A stretch of DNA of 24,000 nucleotides, taken from NCBI GenBank assembly GCA_019322895.1, contig JAHWHZ010000001.1, forward strand, positions 246,845-270,844. The letters are read 5' to 3'. The position numbers were made by a program, and so were the translations under genes. Source of the DNA: Candidatus Woesearchaeota archaeon. Lineage in GTDB: Archaea; Nanobdellota; Nanobdellia; Woesearchaeales; ARS49. Positions 1 to 8,763 of this stretch are shown in pieces. The notes beneath the pieces are model-generated. The model was not told the origin of the DNA, ran no database searches, and saw only the letters and a list, made by a program, of their open reading frames with translations. The number at the start of each line of letters is the position of its first letter. Position 1 is the stretch's first letter.

Positions 1-1
1 T

Positions 2-889
2 AATCTGCCTCTGCCACAGATTGAAGAAGTGACTCGCGCCAATAGAAAGATAGGAATAGGTGTCATGGGCTGGGCAGACATGCTTTACCAGTTAAGAATC
101 CCTTATAATTCTGATGAAGCAGTGCAGCTGGCAGAAAAAGTGATGAAGTTTGTAGATGAAGAGATAAAGATAGCATCAGAAGAGCTTGCAGCAAAGAGAG
201 GGCCTTTTCCAAATATTCGCAAGAGCATCTACAAGAATTCAACTCCAATCAGGAATGCTGCAAGGACAACTATTGCTCCTACCGGCACAATCAGCATGAT
301 TGCAGACTGCTCATCTGGCATTGAGCCTATGTTCTCAATAGCATATGTCAAGAAAGTGATGGAAGGCAAAGAACTGGTTTACATCAATCAGCATTTCAAG
401 GATGCAGTGAGAGACGCTGGAATCTTTTCTGAAGAGCTGATACAGAAAGTCACCAATAAAGCATCTATACAAGATGTTGAAGAGATTCCTGAGGATTTGA
501 GAAAAGTGTTTGTTACTGCATTTGACATAACACCTGAATGGCATGTCAAGATGCAGGCTGCTTTCCAGAAATACACGAATAATGCAGTCAGCAAGACAGT
601 CAATTTCCCAAATAAAGCAACAACAGCAGAAGTTGAACAAGTATACATGCTTGCTTATGATACTGGCTGCAAAGGCGTTACTGTCTACAGAGATGGCAGC
701 AGGGAAGGACAGATTCTTAATGTCAATACAGAAAAGAAAGGCGACGAAGAAGAAGAGGAAAAAGAAGAAGCAAAAGGAAGCAAGGGCAAGTTTGATGAAA
801 AGAATTGTCCTGAATGCAAGAGTGCAATGGTTTTCAGCGAGGGCTGCTCAACCTGCCCTTCTTGCGGATATTCAAAATGTAGCTTATAA
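2..889 (+). CDS. nrdJ: Class II (adenosylcobalamin-dependent) ribonucleotide reductase, C-terminal part; 5' end lies outside the window
   Basis: The frame is open from nt 2 (NLPLPQIEEV precedes the first listed Met). The translation has class II RNR C-terminal hallmarks: TTIAPTGTISMIADCSSGIEP, AVSKTVNFP and GCKGVTVYRDGSR. These are followed by an acidic linker and a CPEC...CPSC zinc-ribbon tail. Confidence 0.85.
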   Translation, partial: NLPLPQIEEVTRANRKIGIGVMGWADMLYQLRIPYNSDEAVQLAEKVMKFVDEEIKIASEELAAKRGPFPNIRKSIYKNSTPIRNAARTTIAPTGTISMIADCSSGIEPMFSIAYVKKVMEGKELVYINQHFKDAVRDAGIFSEELIQKVTNKASIQDVEEIPEDLRKVFVTAFDITPEWHVKMQAAFQKYTNNAVSKTVNFPNKATTAEVEQVYMLAYDTGCKGVTVYRDGSREGQILNVNTEKKGDEEEEEKEEAKGSKGKFDEKNCPECKSAMVFSEGCSTCPSCGYSKCSL

Positions 890-892
890 AAG

Positions 893-1486
893 ATGGCTCC
901 AAACAGGTTAGGCCTGGTGCAGGTTTACACAGGCAATGGAAAAGGAAAAACATCTGCTTCATTAGGTCTTAGCCTCCGGGCTATTGGCCAAGGTTTTTCC
1001 ACATATGTAATTCAGTTCATGAAATCAGGGGATTCTGGAGAATTATTCAGTGTCAAAAAATACATCCCTAATTTCAAGATTGCTCAGTTTGGCAAGGATG
1101 CCTTACTAGACAAGCAGATGAAGATGTTTGAGTTTGACGGCAAAGGCAAACTGGAAGGAACTGATGGCAGATTCCTTTTTCTGCCAGACACTGCTGAAAA
1201 AGAGCCTGCAAGAAGAGCTTTAGAGCATGCATCTAATGTAATAAATTCAGGCAAGTATGACTTGATTGTGCTTGATGAAATAAACTGCGCACTTGATAAA
1301 GGCCTTATTGAAGTTGATGCAGTGCTTAAGCTGCTCAATGAAAAGCCAGAGAATGTTGAGATAATACTCACTGGCAGGAATGCTCCTGCAGAGATAGTTG
1401 AAAAAGCAGATTACGTAAGCGAGATAAAAGAGATAAAGCATCCCTGGAGCCAGGGCATTGGCGCCAGAAGAGGCATTGAATACTAA
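893..1486 (+). CDS. cobO: ATP:cob(I)alamin (corrinoid) adenosyltransferase, CobO/BtuR family
   Basis: The P-loop YTGNGKGKTSASLG, the LIVLDE Walker-B-like segment and the C-terminal KHPWSQGIGARRGIEY are collinear with the BtuR/CobA family as I remember it. The gene starts 3 nt after the nrdJ stop. Confidence 0.85.
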   Translation: MAPNRLGLVQVYTGNGKGKTSASLGLSLRAIGQGFSTYVIQFMKSGDSGELFSVKKYIPNFKIAQFGKDALLDKQMKMFEFDGKGKLEGTDGRFLFLPDTAEKEPARRALEHASNVINSGKYDLIVLDEINCALDKGLIEVDAVLKLLNEKPENVEIILTGRNAPAEIVEKADYVSEIKEIKHPWSQGIGARRGIEY

Positions 1487-1529
1487 AAATATAAATATCA
1501 CCTATACTTTTCTTTATTTGGGGGTTAGA

Positions 1530-2195
1530 ATGTCAGAAGATTCTAAAGAAGTGAAAATAACTTATGAGACCTTGTACGAGATACTTCGCAGGGAAAAAAG
1601 CAAGGATGAACTGCAGAAGCTGGATGAATCTTTTTTTCGCGATGTTCTTGAATATCTTAAAGAAAAGGCGAATATGATAAAAGATGCTGCTGGCAAGCTT
1701 GACATGTTTTCTGTTGAAGAGCAGGAAAGTACGCAGAAACAGCTGAACAATGTCCGGAGAATCCTTAAGGAATTGTATGAAAGAAGGGAAAAAAAGATCA
1801 TGGAGATGGCATTGAACAAATCAAAGACAAATTCTAATATTATTGATACAACAAATCTGCTTGCAAAAGAGCATGAGCTATATAATCGTATTGTACAGCA
1901 GTTAGATATGTTCAGGAAAGAGATTTTATTCTCATTGCTTGAGATGAAGACCCCTGTAATTTCAGAGTTCAAGGAGCCAGAGCCTCCTGCTCCTGAACCA
2001 GAACCAACGCCTCCTGAGCCTGCACCAGAGCCAGGACCTTCTAAAGTCAAAGTCAAATTCTTGCAAAAAGTTGAGCAGTTTGTGGGCAAAGAACTGGAGC
2101 TTTACGGCCCTTTTGAGCCAGAAACAACTGCAGAAATTCCTGTGGAGATTGCAGCTATTTTGGTGAATAAAGGCAGTGCTGTGAATGCAGAATAA
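1530..2195 (+). CDS. GINS complex subunit (Gins51/Gins15-type) with a Pro/Glu-rich interdomain linker
   Basis: I chose ATG 1530, which is preceded by GGGGGT; the listed ORF start at 1458 overlaps cobO. The N-terminus ITYETLYEILRREKSKDELQKLDESFFRDVLEYL and the C-terminal VKVKFLQKVEQFVGKELELYGPFEPETTAEIPVEIAAILVNKGSA match the archaeal GINS A- and B-domain pattern. The linker EPEPPAPEPEPTPPEPAPEPGP is encoded at 1974-2039. Confidence 0.65.
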   Translation: MSEDSKEVKITYETLYEILRREKSKDELQKLDESFFRDVLEYLKEKANMIKDAAGKLDMFSVEEQESTQKQLNNVRRILKELYERREKKIMEMALNKSKTNSNIIDTTNLLAKEHELYNRIVQQLDMFRKEILFSLLEMKTPVISEFKEPEPPAPEPEPTPPEPAPEPGPSKVKVKFLQKVEQFVGKELELYGPFEPETTAEIPVEIAAILVNKGSAVNAE

Positions 2196-2361
2196 AAAGG
2201 GCACGTGCATAGCGCCTGCGAAGTTCTCTGGTATACTGCGGTTTAGCATAAATCTGGGTATAGTCAATAACAGAAGCCAAACGAAGCGTGCTATGCACAT
2301 ACTAAAAGGAAAAGCTTTTTAAAGAAATACCTGCTCTGCAGAATAATACGAGGATTATATC

Positions 2362-2676
2362 ATGAAACTACCTAAAACTAAAAGAATGCACTGTCCTAAA
2401 TGCAAGAAGCACACAGAGCACAAGGTCAGCGAAGCAAAGAAAAGAACTCCTAATGCAACGCACCCCCAGAGTTACGGAAGCAAGCTAAGAGCAAGGAAAA
2501 GGGGCGCCTTGGGGCAGGGTTCTAAAGGACGCTATTCTAAGCCAGCTTTGAGCAAATGGAAAATGACTGGAAAAAAGCAGTCTAAAAAGCTGGATTTACG
2601 ATATACTTGCAATGAATGCAAAAAAGCGCACACAGCAGGCAAGGCCTGGCGCGCAAAAAAGGTGGAGTTTAAATGA
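2362..2676 (+). CDS. rpl44e: 50S ribosomal protein L44e (eL42)
   Basis: CPKCKKHTEHKV...YTCNECKKAH zinc-ribbon and a highly basic sequence typical of L44e. GAGGAT lies 6 nt upstream of the ATG. Confidence 0.9.
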   Translation: MKLPKTKRMHCPKCKKHTEHKVSEAKKRTPNATHPQSYGSKLRARKRGALGQGSKGRYSKPALSKWKMTGKKQSKKLDLRYTCNECKKAHTAGKAWRAKKVEFK

Positions 2677-2858
2677 GCGAGATAAAAGAAACTGTTGCTA
2701 AATTCATAAAGATCAGATGTCCTAAATGTAAGAATGAACAGATTATTTTTGGCAAGGCTTCAACTACAATAAACTGCCTTGTGTGCAGCAAGCCATTGGC
2801 AGAGCCAACTGGCGGCAAAACAAGAGTCAAGGCAAGAGTGCTTGAAGTCCTAGAATAA
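2673..2858 (+). CDS. rps27e: 30S ribosomal protein S27e (eS27)
   Basis: FIKIRCPKCKNEQIIFGKASTTINCLVCSKPLAEPTGGK is the S27e zinc-ribbon. There is a 4-nt overlap with rpl44e and GGTGGAG upstream. Confidence 0.9.
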   Translation: MSEIKETVAKFIKIRCPKCKNEQIIFGKASTTINCLVCSKPLAEPTGGKTRVKARVLEVLE

Positions 2859-2889
2859 ATATTAACCAAGCTAGGGGGGATGTGGTAAG

Positions 2890-3663
2890 GTGCTTTTAAA
2901 GAAAGAGGGGTTTCCAGAAGAAGACGAGCTAGTTCTTTGCACTGTCACAGCTGTCCAGTTTCATTCTGTTTTTGCAACACTTGACGAGTACGGCAAAACA
3001 GGCCTGATTCACATTTCTGAGATTGCTCCAGGGCGAATAAGGAACATAAGGGATTATGTTGTTGAGGGCAAGAAGGTTGTCTGCAAGGTGCTGCGGATTG
3101 ACAAGCAGAAAGGCCACATTGATTTATCATTGAGAAGGGTCAATGAAGCGCAGAAAAGAAAAAAGCTTAATCAGATAAAGCAGGAACAGCTTTCTGAAAG
3201 GATTATTGAGTTTGTTGCAAAAGCAAACAAGCTTAAGTTTGAAGGCTTGTATGACCAGCTTGCTGAAAAAATATTGGATAAATATCCAAGCATGTTTGCT
3301 GCATTTGAGGAAGTTGTAAGCGGTAATCTGGACCTCTCAAAAATTATTGATGCAAAGCTTGCAAAACAGCTCACTGAGCAGATTACGCAAAGGATAAAGC
3401 CCCCTGAAGTTGAGGTAGGCGGAGAATTGACTTTGTCCTGCCGCGAGCCAAATGGCGTGGAGCTTATCAAGGAAGCCTTGAAAAAAGCAGAAGAGGCTGG
3501 ACCTGCAATAAAATACAAAGGAACCGGCACTTACAGTATCTGGGTCAAGGCAGAGGATTACAAGAGCGCAGAAAAAATATTGAAAAAAGCGCTTGATGCG
3601 ATTGAAAAATTTTCAAAAAAGAACAAGATACAACAGGAATTCAAGAGGATTGAGAAAGATTAA
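2890..3663 (+). CDS. eif2a: Translation initiation factor aIF2 alpha subunit
   Basis: GTG start downstream of a GGGGGGAT motif. It has an N-terminal S1 domain (FPEEDELVLCTVTAV...GLIHISEIAPGRIRNIRDYVVEGKKVVCKVLRIDKQKGHIDLSLRRV) followed by helical and alpha-beta domains of the expected length. Confidence 0.85.
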   Translation: MLLKKEGFPEEDELVLCTVTAVQFHSVFATLDEYGKTGLIHISEIAPGRIRNIRDYVVEGKKVVCKVLRIDKQKGHIDLSLRRVNEAQKRKKLNQIKQEQLSERIIEFVAKANKLKFEGLYDQLAEKILDKYPSMFAAFEEVVSGNLDLSKIIDAKLAKQLTEQITQRIKPPEVEVGGELTLSCREPNGVELIKEALKKAEEAGPAIKYKGTGTYSIWVKAEDYKSAEKILKKALDAIEKFSKKNKIQQEFKRIEKD

Positions 3664-3811
3664 ACATATACTTAAGTGCAATAAGTGCGAGGCGTATACA
3701 ATGAAAGAGTCCTGCAAGTGCGGGGGCAAGGCAACAACAATTGTTCCTGCAAAATACAGCCCGCAAGACAAGTATGCAGAATACCGCCGAAAGGCAAAAG
3801 GTCTGATATAA
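3650..3811 (+). CDS. nop10: H/ACA RNP protein Nop10 (start uncertain: TTG 3650 preferred, ATG 3593 is the longest ORF)
   Basis: The core KCNKCEAYTMKESCKCGGKATTIVPAKYSPQDKYAEYRRKAK is the Nop10 zinc ribbon plus the PxxFSPxDxYxxYR motif. There is no ATG or GTG between the eif2a stop and the first Cys. The in-frame TTG at 3650 directly follows GAGGA and gives a typical 53-aa product. Confidence 0.75.
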   Translation: MRKIKHILKCNKCEAYTMKESCKCGGKATTIVPAKYSPQDKYAEYRRKAKGLI

Positions 3812-4614
3812 TGGCTATATGGAATATTGAGTTCACTGGAAAAAAACCAAAGCTTACTAATCCTGTGTTTCTTGAGGGTCTGCCAGGCATAGGCAATGTC
3901 GGCAAGCTTGCTGTTGATTTCATAATAGAAGAAATAAAAGCAAAGAAGATTGCAGAATTCACTTCACACAGTTTTCCGCATTCTGTGTTCATCAATGAAG
4001 ATAATCTTGTTGAGCTTCCGACTATTGAAGTATATTACAAGAAGTTCAAGAACAAGAAAAAAGATTTGCTTTTATTGGCAGGGGATGTACAGCCGATTGA
4101 TGAGCAGTCTTGCTATGAGTTTTCCAGCAAGGTCCTGGACATTGCAAAAGATTTCAGCTGCAAGGAAATAGTCACTCTTGGCGGAATTGCAATGAAGACA
4201 GAGCCGAAAAAGCCTGTGGTCTTTTGCACAGGAAATGATAAGGACCTGATTAAGTCTTATAAGAGAAATATGAAGGACATCAATAATAATCTTTACGGCA
4301 CAATAGGCCCGATTATCGGAGTTTCTGGCGTCTTGCTTGGTCTTGCAGGCAGAAGAAATCTGAAAGCAGTATCTTTGCTTGCAGAAACATACGGCCATCC
4401 GATGTATCTTGGAATAAAAGGAACAAAAGAGATTTTGAAGATTCTTAACAAGAGATTCAGCTTAAAGCTTAACTTAAAGACAATTGACAAGGAGATTGCG
4501 GGCATGGACAGCGAGCTGGGCCAGAAAGCACTCACTGCAGCAGAAATTCAAAGAACAAAAGCTATTTCTAAACTAAAGAGCAAGCTTGGCAAGGACTGCA
4601 GGTATATTGGATAG
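3811..4614 (+). CDS. PAC2-family proteasome assembly chaperone-like protein (COG1938-type)
   Basis: ATG 3811 overlaps the nop10 TAA (TAATG). NPVFLEGLPGIGNVGKLAVDFI...LLLLAGDVQP...GGI matches the PAC2 family pattern. The position after nop10 matches the conserved archaeal gene order as I recall it. Confidence 0.6.
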   Translation: MAIWNIEFTGKKPKLTNPVFLEGLPGIGNVGKLAVDFIIEEIKAKKIAEFTSHSFPHSVFINEDNLVELPTIEVYYKKFKNKKKDLLLLAGDVQPIDEQSCYEFSSKVLDIAKDFSCKEIVTLGGIAMKTEPKKPVVFCTGNDKDLIKSYKRNMKDINNNLYGTIGPIIGVSGVLLGLAGRRNLKAVSLLAETYGHPMYLGIKGTKEILKILNKRFSLKLNLKTIDKEIAGMDSELGQKALTAAEIQRTKAISKLKSKLGKDCRYIG

Positions 4615-4671
4615 TTTTATTCACCACAACATTTAAAAACAACAATATCAACTTAATTCTAAAAAGGTGAT

Positions 4672-5943
4672 ATGTTGAAGATACTCAAGATTAAGTCTCG
4701 TGAGATACTTGATTCTAGGGGAAATCCTACTGTTGAGACAGAGATACACACAAAAAAAGGCATTTCTAAAGCAAGTGTTCCTTCTGGTGCTTCCACAGGT
4801 ATTCATGAGGCAGTAGAATTAAGGGATGGCGGCAAGAGATATCTTGGAATGGGTGTCTCAAAAGCAGTCAAGAATGTTAATACAACCATTGCAAAAAAAA
4901 TGGTTGGAAAAAGTTTCAATCAAGAATCTGCTGACAAGCTTATGATAAAGCTTGACGGAACTGCAAATAAATCAAAGCTCGGCGCAAATGCAATATTGTC
5001 AGTCAGCATGGCTTTGTGCAAGGCATCTGCTTTGGAAAAAAGAATTCCATTGTACAAGCACATTGCAGAGCTGTTCAACAACAAGAAATTGATTCTTCCA
5101 ATACCTGCATTTAACATAATAAATGGAGGCCAGCATGCTGGAAACCAACTGGAAATCCAGGAATACATGCTGCTGCCAACAAAGGCAAAGAGTTTCAAGG
5201 AAGCGATGCAAATTGGTTCTGAAGTCTATCATGAATTAAAGAAATTGCTTGCAAAAGAATACGGCAAGATTGCAACAAATGTAGGTGATGAAGGAGGCTT
5301 TGCGCCGCCAATGACCTGTTATGAAGAGCCTTTGGATTATATCATGGATGCTGTTGAAGAATTAGGATATTTCAAGAAAATAAAATTAGGCATTGATGCA
5401 GCTGCAACATCTTTCTACAGGAACGGCAAGTATTACCTGGAAGGAAGCGAACTGTCTTCAAATGAATTGATAGATGTTTACATCGAGATGGCAAATGCTT
5501 ACCCTATTGTATCAATAGAAGATCCTTTTGTTGAAGATGATTTTGAATATTTTGCAAAACTGAACAAGAAAATAAAAGGAGTGCAGGTTGTCGGCGATGA
5601 TTTATTGTGCACAAACCCGCAGAGGATACAGAAGGCGATAATAATGGACAGCTGCAATGCGTTATTATTGAAAATCAACCAGATCGGCACAATAACAGAA
5701 GCACTTGACGCAGCAGACATAGTGATGAAGCAGAAATGGAATGTGATGGTCTCTCACAGGAGCGGGGAGACTGATGACAGCTTTATTGCAGACCTTGCAG
5801 TCGGCCTGGGAAACGGGCAGATAAAATCAGGAGCTCCCTGCAGGGGAGAGAGGCTTGCAAAATACAATCAATTATTAAGAATAGAAGAAGAGCTTGGAAA
5901 GAAAGCAAAATATGGAGGCAGGATTACATGGCAAAGAAAATAG
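4672..5943 (+). CDS. eno: Enolase (phosphopyruvate hydratase)
   Basis: [29 protein letters not shown], the [13 protein letters not shown] segment, [10 protein letters not shown] and SHRSGETDD are all classic enolase blocks. GGTGAT lies immediately upstream. Confidence 0.95.
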   Translation: MLKILKIKSREILDSRGNPTVETEIHTKKGISKASVPSGASTGIHEAVELRDGGKRYLGMGVSKAVKNVNTTIAKKMVGKSFNQESADKLMIKLDGTANKSKLGANAILSVSMALCKASALEKRIPLYKHIAELFNNKKLILPIPAFNIINGGQHAGNQLEIQEYMLLPTKAKSFKEAMQIGSEVYHELKKLLAKEYGKIATNVGDEGGFAPPMTCYEEPLDYIMDAVEELGYFKKIKLGIDAAATSFYRNGKYYLEGSELSSNELIDVYIEMANAYPIVSIEDPFVEDDFEYFAKLNKKIKGVQVVGDDLLCTNPQRIQKAIIMDSCNALLLKINQIGTITEALDAADIVMKQKWNVMVSHRSGETDDSFIADLAVGLGNGQIKSGAPCRGERLAKYNQLLRIEEELGKKAKYGGRITWQRK

Positions 5944-6806
5944 TTTTTGGAGGCACTAATTCAAGGGACCTTGCTAAGAAAATAGCCAAGAAAATAAAAG
6001 CACCTTATGCAGCATTGATAGTTGATCATTTTCCAGACGGCGAGACTTACTTAAGGCTTCCGATAGACGTAAAAAACAAAGAAGTTGTTTTGGTTGAATC
6101 AATGCATCCAAATCCAGATTCTATCATGATTGAAACAATATTTGCAGCGAGGACTGCAAAAGAATTAGGTGCAAAAAAAGTCATAATAGTCGCTCCATAT
6201 CTAGCGTATCTAAGACAAGATAAAAGATTTTATCCAAGGGAGTGCAAGTCAAATACAATAATGTCTGCATTGATGACCTGCGGAGATGAGATAATTGCAG
6301 TTGACCCGCATATTCAAAGGATTAAAAGACTGCAGGATATTTTCAAGATTAAAGCAAAACAATTGACTTCTAACAAGGAAATCGCAAAATACATCAAGAA
6401 GAACATCAAGAATCCTATTATCTTAGGGCCGGATTGGGAAAGCTTCCAGTGGGCTGAAAAGATTGCTAAGATGATCAAGGTTGAAGTTACTGTTTTGAGA
6501 AAAAAAAGATACACTGCAAGGCACGTGAAAATTAAATTAAAGATTAAAAATGGCATAAAAGGCAGGAATGTAGTAATTATAGATGACATTATCAGTTCAG
6601 GGCATACAATGATTGAAGTGATTAAGCAGGCAAAGAAAATGAAGGCAAAATCAATCACTTGCATCGGCGTGCATGGAGTTTTTGCTGAAAACGCCTATAA
6701 AAAGATGAAAAAAGCAGGCGCGACAAAAATAATAACAACAAATACAATCCAGAGACCTACAAGCAAGATAGATATTTCTGGAATCATTGCAGAAGCCTTG
6801 AAATGA
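5928..6806 (+). CDS. prs: Ribose-phosphate pyrophosphokinase (PRPP synthetase)
   Basis: [27 protein letters not shown] and the PRPP-binding loop [14 protein letters not shown]. There is a 16-nt overlap with eno. Confidence 0.85.
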   Translation: MAKKIVFGGTNSRDLAKKIAKKIKAPYAALIVDHFPDGETYLRLPIDVKNKEVVLVESMHPNPDSIMIETIFAARTAKELGAKKVIIVAPYLAYLRQDKRFYPRECKSNTIMSALMTCGDEIIAVDPHIQRIKRLQDIFKIKAKQLTSNKEIAKYIKKNIKNPIILGPDWESFQWAEKIAKMIKVEVTVLRKKRYTARHVKIKLKIKNGIKGRNVVIIDDIISSGHTMIEVIKQAKKMKAKSITCIGVHGVFAENAYKKMKKAGATKIITTNTIQRPTSKIDISGIIAEALK

Positions 6807-6871
6807 TGCTTTTTTTCGTATATATTAGATAATAGTTAAATATATAAAGCATCAGCGCTATTTCATGCAAT

Positions 6872-7366
6872 ATGTTAAAACAGACACGCAATATGCTGAA
6901 ATCAGCACCAACTCCAAATGATTTGGACATCGTGCTTCGGGTGGGAAAAAAATATGGCATAGATGAAGCTGTGTCAATATACACTTCAAAGATTTATGTG
7001 AATCACTGGGTTGGCTTGAAATATAAATATGCTAATAATGATGCCTGCAGCCATGTTCTTGGTCCTGACCAGACATACAAGCTTCTGAAAGAATACCGCC
7101 GGGCTGTCTTGATAATCGGCAGCAAGAAAGAGGATTTCAACAAGGCAATCATTGAGATGGAGACGCAGTTAATCAAAGAGGGGCTCTATAAGGCACTGGC
7201 TCTTATCAACAGTCCTTGTGCTTTGTGTAATAAAGAAAAGATTGCAAGGCCTTCTCTTGAATCAGTAGGTATTGACATTCTTGCAACTGTGCGCAAGTTC
7301 AAGAAAAACGTGAAACAACCTGCAATTGGAGAATATCCTCCTTATGCTATAATTCTTACAAGTTAA
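6872..7366 (+). CDS. Hypothetical protein, possibly DUF2284-like predicted metal-binding protein (cysteine-poor variant)
   Basis: The C-terminal block SPCALCNKEKIARPSLESVGIDILATVRK resembles the C..C....RPSmEa.GIDV signature I associate with DUF2284. The N-terminal Cys motif of that family is not evident. A TATA-like AAATATATAAA lies about 23 nt upstream, so the transcript is probably leaderless. Confidence 0.4.
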   Translation: MLKQTRNMLKSAPTPNDLDIVLRVGKKYGIDEAVSIYTSKIYVNHWVGLKYKYANNDACSHVLGPDQTYKLLKEYRRAVLIIGSKKEDFNKAIIEMETQLIKEGLYKALALINSPCALCNKEKIARPSLESVGIDILATVRKFKKNVKQPAIGEYPPYAIILTS

Positions 7367-7710
7367 TATGCATCTGCAGGGCAGCAGATCCAGTCAGGAT
7401 ATCTTTCAGGATAATTTGTTGGCGTGCATTTCTCTTGCCTTCTAATTTTCTTTGTTTGTATTCTATATCCATCTGGGCAAGGCTCTTTTCCTGCCCAATC
7501 CCGGTATCCTTTTCTTTCAAATGTTCCTACAATGACTCCTTCAGGATTCCCGCCGACATATGGCCTTTTTTCGCTTATCATCTTCACTGCTCTTCCTGGT
7601 TTGATATTAAATGTTCCAAGGCCTGTTGTGGTGGTATTGAACATAAGAATAAGACTTACTATTGAAATAACAGAAATAACACCTAATACAACTAATGAAA
7701 AAGACTTCAT
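7363..7710 (-). CDS. Small N-terminally membrane-anchored protein, C-x16-C-x13-CC ectodomain (tandem family member 1)
   Basis: N-terminal hydrophobic helix SLVVLGVISVISIVSLILMF followed by NTTTTG. Cysteines at residues 78, 95, 109 and 110, with C-terminal ...WICCPADAY. GGTGAAGTGA lies upstream of the ATG. Confidence 0.6.
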   Translation of the reverse strand: MKSFSLVVLGVISVISIVSLILMFNTTTTGLGTFNIKPGRAVKMISEKRPYVGGNPEGVIVGTFERKGYRDWAGKEPCPDGYRIQTKKIRRQEKCTPTNYPERYPDWICCPADAY

Positions 7711-7745
7711 TCACTTCACCGGGTTAATAAAAAAGTTAAAAAAAA

Positions 7746-8153
7746 TTAATATTCGCCTTGTGCGCCAATTAATTGGCATGCGGTGTCTCCAACCCAGTAG
7801 TCTATCTGTTCAGGTTTTGATGCTTCCCTGTTCGGATAGCAAGGTGAAGTGAACGGACTTGTTGATCTTGTTACTGTTGGCTTTACTTGCATTATAGCAG
7901 AACCTGTGTCCCAGTAGCCTGCATAGTAAACCGGCTGTTCATATGTTTCTGGAACGCCTGTTACCCAGCCACCGTAAAGTTCCTGGAACCTATCGGTCTT
8001 TCCGCCTTGGTATAGCTTTGGCTGGCCATACAAGCTGGAAGTGATAGAATACGCTCCGCTCATTGCTCCTTTAAACAGCATCACTAAAGCCACTACTGCA
8101 ATAACTGCAACAATACCCAGTATAACCAATGAAAGGTTTCGCTTTTCATCCAT
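7746..8153 (-). CDS. Small N-terminally membrane-anchored protein (tandem family member 2, 2-Cys variant)
   Basis: The listed GTG start (8165) lies inside the GAGGTGA ribosome-binding site, so I use ATG 8153 (MDEKRNLS...). The helix LSLVILGIVAVIAVVALVMLF is followed by KGAMSG, and the protein ends ...QGEY. Confidence 0.55.
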   Translation of the reverse strand: MDEKRNLSLVILGIVAVIAVVALVMLFKGAMSGAYSITSSLYGQPKLYQGGKTDRFQELYGGWVTGVPETYEQPVYYAGYWDTGSAIMQVKPTVTRSTSPFTSPCYPNREASKPEQIDYWVGDTACQLIGAQGEY

Positions 8154-8221
8154 TTTTTTATTCACCTCAAATTTTTTAATTTGATTTTCTTTTTAAACTA
8201 TATTAAGTATTTAAATCTTTC

Positions 8222-8749
8222 TTAATACGTTGACGTTTGCCTGTCAAAGCAGCACATGCCGCCTTCCCAGCTTGGAGTGCCTTCTGGAAGCAGGTCTAAT
8301 GGTATATATATTGTTGACCTTCCTGCTGCATTTCGATAGTTTCCATAGCATTCTTTTATTGTTCCTTTTAATCTGTCTGCTTCAATCTTTGGATATTCAA
8401 GGCCAAGATCTCCTCTTCCTGATACAAGGCATGACAAGTGAGTTACATACTGGCTTTCTCTTCCTTTCTTGTTGTCCCACACATTTGTGCCTGTCTGTCC
8501 AAGATTTCCTGGCACTTTTCCGTCTACCAAGTATTCGCCGCCTTCTGGTTTAAGCACTCCCAGTGCTTCGCCGTATGGCTTTTGCGCGCCCCACAATGCC
8601 CTTCCTGCATTTGAAACTCTCCAATTCTCCATTTGTGTTGGAGTATTTTCAATGTATACCATTCCTGTGTTTACATTTGAAAGCATCAATACAAAGCTCA
8701 CAAGCGCTACTGCCAATACCACGCTTAAAATGATTGTTTTTTCTTCCAT
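8222..8749 (-). CDS. Small N-terminally membrane-anchored protein, C-x25-C-x32-CC ectodomain (tandem family member 3)
   Basis: GAGGTGA lies 4 nt upstream of the ATG. The helix IILSVVLAVALVSFVLML is followed by SNVNTG. Cysteines at residues 107, 133, 166 and 167, and the protein ends ...MCCFDRQTSTY. Confidence 0.6.
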   Translation of the reverse strand: MEEKTIILSVVLAVALVSFVLMLSNVNTGMVYIENTPTQMENWRVSNAGRALWGAQKPYGEALGVLKPEGGEYLVDGKVPGNLGQTGTNVWDNKKGRESQYVTHLSCLVSGRGDLGLEYPKIEADRLKGTIKECYGNYRNAAGRSTIYIPLDLLPEGTPSWEGGMCCFDRQTSTY

Positions 8750-8763
8750 GATTTCACCTCAGC

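Noticed and set aside
1562-2089. 175-aa antisense ORF opposite the GINS gene, and similar long antisense ORFs opposite ftsZ (19805..20158, 20204..20608), lig (18006..18416), plsX (10093..10560) and the helicase
   Set aside because: These are shadow ORFs. They are low-complexity (for example GSGAGSGGVGSGSGAGGSGS mirrors the PE linker) or Ser/Leu/Cys-rich translations with no ribosome-binding site. Each lies opposite a gene with a strong family signature.
2186-2345. 10-nt direct repeat TGCAGAATAA (2186-2195 and 2336-2345) bracketing the GINS-L44e spacer, as a possible target-site duplication of a miniature element
   Set aside because: I found no terminal inverted repeats inside the repeats. 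By rough estimate, several exact 10-mer recurrences within 150 nt are expected by chance in 24 kb of this composition.
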